Shown here one piece after another: positions 28,101-38,298 of a stretch of 64,000 bases of DNA (position 1 is the stretch's first letter; the number at the start of each line of letters is the position of its first letter). The notes under the pieces were generated by a model. That model saw only the letters and a program-made list of their open reading frames with translations, did not search any database and had not been told where the DNA came from. The DNA comes from Paragordius varius (Eukaryota > Animalia > Nematomorpha): positions 5,642,001 through 5,706,000 of the forward strand of contig OZ176055.1 of NCBI GenBank assembly GCA_964247055.1, in the 5' to 3' direction. Position numbers and translations under genes: made by a program.

Positions 28101-31100
28101 TTGGGTCTGATCAGTTATAAATGCCTTGAGATCGTGATGGCTATCGCTTTTAAAAAAGGCCCCAAAAAATTATAAAATGTTAACACGGTTAAATAATGGT
28201 ACGTGTATAATTTTATGTATAAAACGTGAAAGGTGAAATATTTTATCGACACAATCCGTTTAATAAATTACAATATGAAATTTCTATTTTTGTGTAAATC
28301 GTCTGGTTATATATAACCATGAATGAATGCATTTATAAGCGGTCAGAACGATTATTTTTTGACCGGTAAAATGCCCAACCCTGAAATGAATCATATATTT
28401 AAATGATTGATTGATCATTTATTTAGTAACAAATGTCTTGTTTGGCTCAACCTCATCCACATCAAGTTTATCTTTTTTATATTATTAAATAAAAAATTGC
28501 ACAGACAAAAGGTAAAAACCAAAAGACAATTTTTTTAAAAAATAACATCTATAAAGTGTTATTATACTGCATTATAAAATTCAATACTGTAGGTAAATAA
28601 TTTATGTCGGAAAAATCAAGGTTTGAAAAAGTATGGCTGTTAGTAGATTAAAAATATTTGTCTTTTATTTTTACGTTGTGCCTGTATAATTTTAATTTTT
28701 ATTATATAACTATAACGTGATGATATATAAAATGATATAATATAGTTGCCTCCACAGCAACTACAGGTATTGTAAAGATTTTTTATAAAAAGGTTTTTTT
28801 TAATTTCAAATATTATTTTTTATATATTTAGCGACAGGATCATCCATTGAACATCTTCCTGATCGTATTAATAATATGAATAATTAAAATTTTTTTACAT
28901 AAATATTTTAGTTGATGGTATTTATTATTCTTAATTATCTAAATAATTCGAAAATGTTTTACTATTTCATTAATGATTATTGTGAATATCACCTATACAA
29001 TAAACGTATTTAGAAATTCAAAGTAACATATTTTGGTTATTTATTAATTTTTATCAATATTAAAATTTTATTTGATAGGACAATTGCCCAACCCATCGAA
29101 CGATAATATAAACGAAAACGATCTATTAAGTAAATTCATTTTAATTAAAAATTAATTTTAATTATATGCAAAAAAATGTTTATATCTTGGATAATGTGTG
29201 CCTTTTCTATTACATAGATTTCGATGGGGATGATATTGATTCGCCTGGTATGATGAAATGCTTATAATTATATAACCGAATTTACCATTTAAAATTGATT
29301 AGGTATAGATTCGATAAGATTGTTTATCGGTTGTAGACGGTTATTAACAATTTTATCCAAAATATCCCTTTCTTTGTAATTATCGAATGCAATTCCATAA
29401 TACCAATAAAATTTTACGAATCCTTTGACTTTTACCAATTATTTTCCTTTATAACTAAAAATTTTCTAAAATATTTGATGGATATGTGAATTGGTGAATA
29501 GAAATTTTGTGTATATTTTTTCACTTATGCCGCAAAAAATCAATTTTTAAATTAAAGCATGGCCTATAAAAATCAATAATCGAATTATAATTATTTAATC
29601 TTGGTCGCCTTTGAAAATTCATTTTCAAAACACTTCCCACTTTCAAAATGGGAGATTACTTGATTCATTGAGATTATAATCTAAAGGTATTATGAGATTA
29701 TGATTAATTTAGGGCGGGAAGATATACGGGTTTAGACCCTTAATTTTGTCGGTAGGTTAAATATAATTATAACTCAGATTTGGGTGTTTTATTACAACAA
29801 TATCTGTAATTTTGTATTTAATATTGTGTTATGGTTTACGTACAGAAGTAAAACGTCGAAGACCAAGTAATGATGATGATGAAAGAAGAAACTCTATTTC
29901 TCCTGAAGCGGGCCCAAGCCAAACCAATGTACCAGAGAGACCTAAGCCGTCACACTCTGAATCCACTTCAACAAATACAAACTCCAATGCTGGTAGAGAA
30001 ACACAGAGTCAGCCAAGTTTCAGAGGAGATGAGGACACCTTAACTGACATGACTCGAGACACAGCGAGTGAAATTCCAGGTTAGAGATTTTGTCAAATTC
30101 GACAGGACAGGGATTAAAGATTTTTTTTGGTTCACAACTTTCGCAGAATTAAAGAATGTTGACAATATATTGTTTACCAATATAATATGGTTGATAGCGG
30201 TTTTAGAATCAATTTTAAACATTTTATCAAATTTAGAGCAAGATCCTCAAAACTTGGATGACATAGAAGCGAATCCAGATGAAGCACAACAATTGGAAGA
30301 GGCTGATGTAACTGGTATAACATTTCATTTAAGTTAATTTAAATTTGAAATATCAATTTCTTGGCCCTTTAGGAAAAGGATTTGAGTGAAAAAATATTTT
30401 AATATATTATACTTACTATGATGTGAGAAATAAATTGAAGTAAAAAATAAATTACGTGAAACAAAAAAAATAATTTTAAAGACCGTTGTACTTTTTTTAT
30501 ACTTAATTTTTTTCAATATACTTTCATAGTATTATACTACAAACTATGAAATAAACTGTATACCATCAATTTTGTGCTTTAAAATTGTAATCAAAATTTA
30601 TAATACCATTTACAGTTCAAATTAAAATTAAAATTCACCCTCGAAACAATTTAAATTCACCCTTGTACAATTCAAATTCACCTTAAAAAATAAATTGTGT
30701 TTTCGAACTAATATAACTGATTATTAATATTTAATATATCTTTATGGCATAGTTTATTATTTTTAAGTATTATTTTAACTTAAAACAAAATGTTTATTTT
30801 TTAAAAATATAAATAAATATAAGTAATTTTTAATCTTAAAAAACATATATTTTATGTGAGGGTGAATTTGATTTGTTCGAGGGTGAATTTGAATTGTTCA
30901 AGGGTGGATTTAATTTGTTTAAGAGTGAATTTAAATTGTAAATGGTATATGAAGTATAAGGGTTTAAAAAAGTAGGATTGTGTCTTTTGAAAAAAAATAC
31001 TTGCCGTTTTGTCCATATAATTTTATTTTTTACTGTAAATGATTTGTAGATTCCGAAGAATCTGAAGTCGACGATGATTGGTTTGATGCCGCAGAAGAGA

Positions 31101-34100
31101 ATGAACGTATAATAATTTGATATGAAAAAGCTTTTTTGCGTAGATAAATATATATATATATATTACATTTAGCATTGAACGCGCATCCATCGTACCGTTT
31201 TTTTAGGCGATGTAAGTTAAATTTAATATCATCTTCTTGCATATACAGTAGACCTAGGCGTTTTTGAGATAAATTAAATTTAAATTTTTCAGAAAATAAT
31301 CTGTTTTACATAATACATTTATGATAAAAAAATATATATTAAATATTTATTGCTCTTTTATAAATATGATAATTTTTTTAATTGTCTGGGCTCACTAAAA
31401 AATATCTACAATAGTACTTTTGTGAGAAACTTCAAACTATCATAACTAAAAATTGGATTAGTGTACATGAGCATTATTAAGAATCAATTAGTCTATTTTA
31501 AAAATCCCATTTCGAAAGGAGGGTCCACTGTATAATTCTATTTGAATTATATCATATGACTGAGTCAATCAGTGTTAATTTTAATATATTATGTTTCAAG
31601 TTGTATTGAGACTTAGAGCAGGTATCACAGATATTTATACTAAATATGCATGGAATAAACATAATTTTTCCATGATTGAATTTATTTTTTGCAATATTGA
31701 CACCATAACTATTTCTCTAACCATAATTTTGAATCTACAATATTTAGGAGCTACACGGATACATCATAGTTTATTTTATATTAAAATTATAATTGATCAA
31801 ATATATTTTTTAAAATTAAAAAAATTAATATTCTATATTATGATCTATATAAAATTCATTTTTTGATAGTTTCTCGTGGATTGGCAAGAAGTATAAATTA
31901 AATTTTTGATCAAAAATCTAGCCAGCAATGCCATCAGCCTAAGTAAGAATTCTCCTATATATGTATATTAAAATTACCTAATCTATGTAAAACTTTAACA
32001 TTCTGGAATTGATATGACTAAATTTTAAAATAAATTCTTAGATGCCGCTCATCATGGTAAATAAATTGAATACATAACTTTTTAACCTGGCTCTAACTCT
32101 GCGTGCCAGAGCTCGAACCCCGAAACTACGCATTTTTTCCATCATCACTGTCAGCCCTGGGTAGGCGAGTGTTAAAGCCTTCACATGTCCAAATACAAAT
32201 TTAAGTCTTTACCCTTTAATAAAAAAGGAAAAAAGAGACTCTAAACTGTATATATATATATATAACTTTTTAAAGAGACAAATGATCTTGACTTTTCAAT
32301 ATCTGAATGACATTGAAAACGTGTCTACGGTTTAAATTGCGTTGAAATTTAAATTTTAAAGAATTAAAAACACATTCATAATTTAATATGTTAATTTTCG
32401 GAATTAAATTTCGTTAAAAGTAAAAAATATGGTTAAAATTAATATTAGTATAAAAAGATTTATTTATTATCCAATGTTTTATGCGTAAACTCCACCATTT
32501 ATCTCAAAAACCTCTTTTGATATTTGTTTCTTTATGATTAAATTATTACAAAATAAAAAAATACATTTATCAAATAAATACATATTACTAAACTTGGCAA
32601 CAGTCAAACAATCGCTTGTATACCATTTTTCATCCAAACGCAACATTTTTAGTTTACGTTTGGATGGAAAATGTCGCTTTAGTTTAAAAAATATGGCATT
32701 GTTCGAAAAACTGTTGTTTTTAACTGAAATATGGCATATGATAAAATAAACTTCACTATTAACCTAATCAAAATCATACATATCGGCTGAAAGGATGGTA
32801 TTTTTAAATTAACTTTAAGAGATATAAAAAACGGTCAAATCACAGCACGAATACATAATTTAATTAGTACATTTCATACTCTAAAGTACACCTTTATGAT
32901 AAAAGATATATAATTTATCAATCAATAGAAAATACGTCTCTTTGTCATTAATTTAAAATTCCTTACATTTAGAGCTATTATTGGCTACTTCATTATTAGC
33001 TAACAGAGAATTTAAATTAGGTGTCTGTTGTCAAAGAAATTTTCCTTTTTTGCCACACATTTAAGAGTGTCTTTTTCTCCACAATTTTTGAAAATATAAC
33101 TATAAAAACCAGAAATTTCATATATGGCAACACATATATAAATTAAATTCCGAAATGCCCAAAAATATTTCTCAGTACTGGAGTATATAAAAATATTTAT
33201 TTAAAATATATTTATTATGATAGGATTAGTAAATTATGTCCGAAGTATGTTTCATTAGTTGAAATCTATATGCTTTAACATCATCATTGATAATTTTTGC
33301 TTTAAAAAAATAAATTTTTAGACATGCGACAAGGTAATTATTCTTATTATTATTAGACAAGTTTTCCATGATATTTTTTTCTAAACCTATTTTATTTTTT
33401 AACCATCTTTAGCCATGCCTCGTAAGTTATTTATGTTAAATTTAAATACTCTTAGATATGCGAAATGCGGTTAGAGGTATATAAAGTTCAGCAGTGATAT
33501 AACTTTTAAAGATATACTTTTTTAACAAATATTTTATAATATGCTATAGCTTTCAGAGAATTAAAGACAGGTGATTGTTTTTTCCCTTTCTAATCGAAAT
33601 TATTTGAATTTCATTAAAATTATAATAAATATACTTTTATGTGCTATTTTCACATAATCATTTAAACCTAATAAAAAAATGTTTGATTTAGATCTTAGTT
33701 CAACTTTAAGAAGTAATTAAATTAATTTTAAATAGATTTATATTATTTTCATCTCTACCTGCTTGTTAATTTTAGGCATTGAAAATCATGTGGAAAGTAA
33801 TATATTGTAACTGAAATAAAATATTTGAAATTAAGATCATTTCATAAACTACTTATAAATAACTCTGTAATTAAAGTACTCTCACTTCAATTACTAAATA
33901 TTTTAGTTATTTGAGTGCTATATTTTTCTGATACGGTTAAAATAAGAGGAGTTAGATAATATTTAATTAACTAATTTTTTATTTTTTACTTTACAAATTA
34001 AGGTTTCCCAACTGAGGCAGCCGAAGAAAATATTGCAGGTAATTTTTGCCTTTTTTAATATTTATTTAAAATAGAATTTTTGGAAGAAGAGCATGGTAAT

Positions 34101-34207
34101 GATTTTTATTTATTTTTAAAAAACTTATGAATTTCAAATAATACATAATTTAAATTTTAGACCTGGAAATGTTACGTAATGAAATAAATCCTGAAACCAA
34201 AAAATAG
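15671..34207 (+). CDS. Large repeat-containing micro-exon-type gene (possibly continuous with 7624-12006). Exons 15671-15709, 15754-15816, 15943-16074, 16147-16188, 16690-16764, 16855-16884, 16950-16982, 17060-17101, 17166-17222, 17284-17334, 17411-17500, 17611-17658, 17773-17850, 22049-22072, 22153-22164, 22308-22334, 22392-22424, 22584-22595, 23630-23713, 23925-24050, 24138-24188, 24279-24353, 24422-24448, 24659-24688, 25027-25032, 25122-25160, 25219-25302, 25329-25433, 26591-26635, 26725-26799, 27303-27347, 27380-27406, 27477-27509, 27967-27978, 28746-28766, 28832-28864, 28912-28917, 29079-29129, 29218-29247, 29846-30079, 30237-30314, 31050-31106, 31173-31211, 31601-31621, 31748-31768, 31870-31890, 31922-31942, 32042-32056, 32110-32160, 33000-33020, 33224-33244, 33322-33333, 33413-33421, 33456-33476, 33550-33570, 33692-33712, 33776-33796, 34003-34038, 34075-34095, 34161-34207 (TAG)
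   Basis: Every listed internal exon is AG..GT bounded, a multiple of 3 and stop-free in phase 1. Homologous exons recur (INxTTxxIPI; IGNxTxPG..SDFC; IVPGxGI..DIF; E/A-FW). The terminal exon ends in TAG with AATAAA at ~34290. The smallest exons are individually less certain. Confidence 0.78.
18891..20610 (+). pseudogene. Frameshifted hAT transposase (ORF-track pieces 19237-19746, 19753-19947, 20062-20490)
   Basis: ADNTNTNFGG, VGCAVHIIH and LSLPGTNAATERVF motifs in shifting frames. Confidence 0.9.
20665..21480 (-). pseudogene. Antisense, internally deleted fragment of the same hAT transposase, located inside copy 2
   Basis: Its reverse complement matches forward transposase segments (e.g. CAGACAGCTACTGATTTGTTAACCCTGGATGTAGAAAA; TTATCACAGGACAAAG; TCAAATATAATTTGACAAATT). 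Confidence 0.88.
26233..26500. mobile_element. hAT (Buster/Charlie-type) MITE
   Basis: TIR CAGGGGTGTCCAAC / GTTTGACACCTCAT; degenerate 8-bp TSD CTTTAGAC / CCTTAGAT with central TA. Confidence 0.7.
30604..30947. mobile_element. TA-flanked MITE family C, copy 2
   Basis: TA-CCATTTACAG...TGTAAATGG-TA; 21-bp AATTCACCC units at both ends; collinear with 7880-8184. Confidence 0.88.
32621..32800. mobile_element. Small MITE with TACCAT termini and an internal palindrome
   Basis: TACCATTTTTC / GAAAGGATGGTA ends; internal CATCCAAACG...CGTTTGGATG. Confidence 0.5.
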
Positions 34208-36720
34208 AATTAGTATTTATAAAAAAAGCCTTTATATATTTTAAGGGATGTATTTATTGAATTGATAACATTGTGATTTAATTTTTACCAATAAATTTGC
34301 TATATTATATATTTTACATTAATCTTCAAATCTCCAAAGATCAGATCAGTCAGTATATACATAAAATGTAAAATAGGAATAATAGTACATACATTTTTCA
34401 ATACATCCCTATTACACGCGTCGGTGTATCAAATCGACGATGATTTAAATAAAAACTGAGTTTAATTTATCATTTCACTTAATTAATTGTTTGTTTCCAT
34501 GCAAAGGGCTCGCTCTAAAAAATTTATTTTTTATTTACAAATGCTCCTTTAAGTTGGGAAGAATCTTATAAAGCGTATATTTTACATTATGTATATTATG
34601 CGAATTATATTGACGATGAGTTTTCGCAAAGGACTTTGTTAGGATTCACGATAACCTTTGGACTGACAATAAGGACCGTACTATTTCTGAAACAATATCT
34701 AAGAGTCATTATATTCTTGATATGAATGCCTCTAAAGGGTCGGTTTAATTCAGGTGCATAAAACACCCGTACGTTTTACGTATTCAATTAATTTAGAATG
34801 GTTATTATAATAGGTTCACACCAAAAAGTGTCACCCATTTTTTATTGGAGATATCGTATAATGACAAAATTGGGCACCTTAAAAAATTTTACCTTTGAGA
34901 ATTAAGATTAATTAGTCCGTACATACATTCTTTGTCTAATAAATTTGCGGCTAACGAAAAGCACTTGTATTTTAGCATTAGTGGGGTCATAGACAGAAAC
35001 GTGGGTGGTAGACCATGGTGGCGCATTCAATGATAAAATATATATGGCCACAATAAATCAGTATGTTTTCCCGAAAATCGCTTCAAATACACGATTATCA
35101 TATGTAAAAGCGTATTTTAGAGAGGGTGGGATCTAACCATGGTTTAATTTAAAGGGGGCTTCATTTCTACACCTACACAATATCTATGGTAAATAATTTG
35201 AACTATATTTTATAATTTATACAATCTACGTTTTCAAAAGAAATAATTAAAAAATATTTTGAACCTAGTGCAAAATATATTCGCTCAGGATAAGGCTGAA
35301 TTAACACAGGAGCTAAAAACTGAATTTAAACGTGCTTTCTCCTTCTCTTTCTTTGTATACCATAGAAATAAATTACTTTGGGGTAAAAATATCCCAAATT
35401 TACTTCAATTCAATAAATAATTTTCCAGTTTAATTTTGAAACGATAAAAGCCCATTTAATTTTGATAAGGCTATATCAGGATTGTCGTGTTGTTTGGGAT
35501 GGTAATCTGTTTCATAAATAAAATAAAATCCTGACTTGCATTGCGTCTAAACTAAATTCTCTTGTTATTAGTTTTTGGCCTAATTAAAAATTATTTGGCT
35601 TCATTTATACACATTATGATTAATATTTTTGGACAGGCCGGCATTTTAAACCAAAATTTATTTGTCTCCCCTCCCATTCACACACTAAAAGGGGACAATC
35701 CGCCCATCTCTTCCTCCCTTTAAGAAACTGCAAATCGAAGCATTTGTCCCAGTAAAGTGGAGTTGAGGCGTACAAAACGATAAGATATCTATATCAAAAA
35801 TTATGGCTAGATATATCATTAAGCGAATACTTTAAATGGATTAAAAGCGGCAAAGTCGCGATACTTAAATTCCTAAACGGCAATGGATATTATTTAAATT
35901 ATTTGTATTCGTTGAATTTATAGAAAATATCATGGCAGATATATGTCTTTATTATTGGACGTTTTTTTCCTATAACTAAACTATCGGGGTTTTCTCTATG
36001 ATCGACTTGAATTGGCAACGGGATCATTTTATTTTTATGATTTGAATTCTGAGATATATACCAAGTTTATTTTGCAACAATAGTAAAATGTTTATAATAT
36101 ACTGATTGACAATATAAAAATTTGTTTCACTTCGCATCTATTTGAATTTAATTTTCTTTTCTATACAGTTACGATAAAAGTAGTGAAAAAAGCATATTCC
36201 GCAATTATCTAGAAAGACTTGTTTAATTTGATCTGAGGCCGAGTGTTTAAGTAAGCTCATTAATTATACCCAATGCAAAAGATTAGGTTACATCAAGTGA
36301 GTTATTCAAAACATTATAATTCAGTAAAATGCTTAACAAAAAGATTTTTTTTTGCGTCTGAAACTAAATCTTTTTATTGGTTTTTGGCCTGATAAAAAAT
36401 TATTTTATTTTTTTTTTAGATAGAATATCACCATTTTTTTACACATTATGGTTATATTGGACAGGCCGGGATTTCATACTAAAATTAGCTTAAATTTTAT
36501 ATCATATTAGTTGAGTTTTAGGTAAAACTTTTTATTTTCTGAAAAACTAGATCGCGAGGTCGAGTTTCTAAAATAATCATAAAACCAAAAATCGATTTTT
36601 ATATATGCTATAGATCAAGGGTAGCCAACTGTTTTTTCCCATGGGAGATTTTTTGGAGAAATTTTACGCGGGCACGTATGAATATAAATAAGTATTAGAA
36701 GATTCATCACTTCAACAATG

Positions 36721-36722
<2 letters not shown>

Positions 36723-36778
<56 letters not shown>
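36723..36778. repeat. (TA)n microsatellite, longest in the window
   Basis: Uninterrupted AT dinucleotide run; others at 11948, 13591, 16809, 17730, 25086, 45516 and 53781. Confidence 0.95.
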
Positions 36779-36780
<2 letters not shown>

Positions 36781-37146
36781 ATTTACGGATTGGGGTGACT
36801 AGTCAGGCCATTTTAAAATAAATGTTACAATTTGTAGCTCTTGGCATATATGTTTATAATTTATTAGATTTTATGGATTACTGCATGCCAGGTTTTAAAC
36901 AATGGACATATGATTCAAGTTGGTAAATTCCATATAATCGAGAAGAGTGTCGCGCCGCGGTTTTGAGTCTAATTAAAGGGAATTGGTGTTGACATAGTTA
37001 ACTAGTTAATACAGATGTAAGATGGTTAAGTCGTGCTGCATTTTTGGAATGATAACACATTTTAACTACAAATATACTTATTTTACAGAAGAAAAATTAT
37101 TCATATCGACAATCAAAATAAAGTCGCTTCTTAAGCTTGCTTTTCG

Positions 37147-38205
37147 AAATCGAAACCATAGCAAAATTTTGCACTTATATAACATTAATAAACCGGAATA
37201 TATAAAAAACTTTTTCCAAAAATACTTGATATTACTTATTTTAAAGTAAAACCCAAAGGTAAAAATTTAGTCAACGTGACATATGTGCAATGGCTAAATT
37301 AAAAAATATTACAAAATAAACCACCTTTTTTATTTATATCAGTCTTTGATATGATTTAAATAAAAAATTAGCTTTAAATATACCTTGAAAAATAAATAAA
37401 CACGATATTTTGCAAAAAGTTTGCAAAATAATGGCGTCCAAAAAGTTTGACATAGAACTTTTTTTTCAAAACGAAATTTAACACTTCGATTCAAATTGGG
37501 GTATCTAAATACCCCAGACTAAGTTTAAATTAAAATTTTTAAAAAACTACTGACGGAAACGGTCCCAATTTAAATTTATGCTTCTATCCTGATAAATATT
37601 ATATAAATATGCCAAAATATCTTGATAAAATTTTGTTTTGAAAAAAAGTTCCATCTCAAACTACTTCGACGCCATTTTTATTTTACAAAAATTTTGCAAA
37701 ATATCGTCTTCATTTAATTTTAAGGGTAAAACTAAAGCTATTTTTATATATAAATTACATCTAACATTGATAGAAACGGAAAAAGCGGTTTATTTTGTAT
37801 TATTTTTTAATTCTACAATTTGGCACATGTCACGTTGACGAAATTTTTACCTTTCGATTTTAGCTTAAAATAAGTAATATCAAGTATTTTTGATTACAAT
37901 TTTTTATATATTTCGGTTTATAAATGTTTTATAAGTGCAAAATTTTGCAATGGTTTCGATTCCTTCCATACTTTTTAAAGTATTTAATTTTAAACAGGCC
38001 TGGGGTATCCAACTACCCCAATTTGAATCGAAGGACTAAAATGAGTGTGTTGTATCCAAGTGTTAATCGAAATATTTTAGCCTGTTTATATAATTGTTAT
38101 TTGGATAGAAGCATAAATTTAAATTTGGACCGTTTCCTTAAGTAGTTTTTTTAAAATTTAATTTGGTCTGGGGTATTAGATACCCAAATTGAATCGAAGT
38201 GTTAA
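37147..38205 (+). mobile_element. MITE family A copy (5'-truncated) interrupted by an inverted family A copy
   Basis: Forward segments 37147-37477 and 38067-38205 rejoin into the consensus, which ends GAATCGAAGTG-TTAA. Confidence 0.85.
37478..38066 (-). mobile_element. MITE family A, best-preserved full-length copy
   Basis: TTAA (37478-81) CACTTCGAT ... ATCCAAGTG TTAA (38063-66). Confidence 0.93.
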
Positions 38206-38298
38206 AAATTGATTTTAGCAATAATAATGCATGGTAAGTATCCGAATGTTTGTAAAATAAAAAAACAAATTACGGTTATTTATTTCCAACATGTGATT

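Noticed and set aside
31030-31242. Minus-strand ORF MQEDDIKF...
   Set aside because: Antisense shadow of plus-strand exons 31050-31106 and 31173-31211.
32090-32190. tRNA-like GGTTCGAG T-loop on the minus strand
   Set aside because: No cloverleaf or D-arm; the region is better explained as plus-strand exon 32110-32160.
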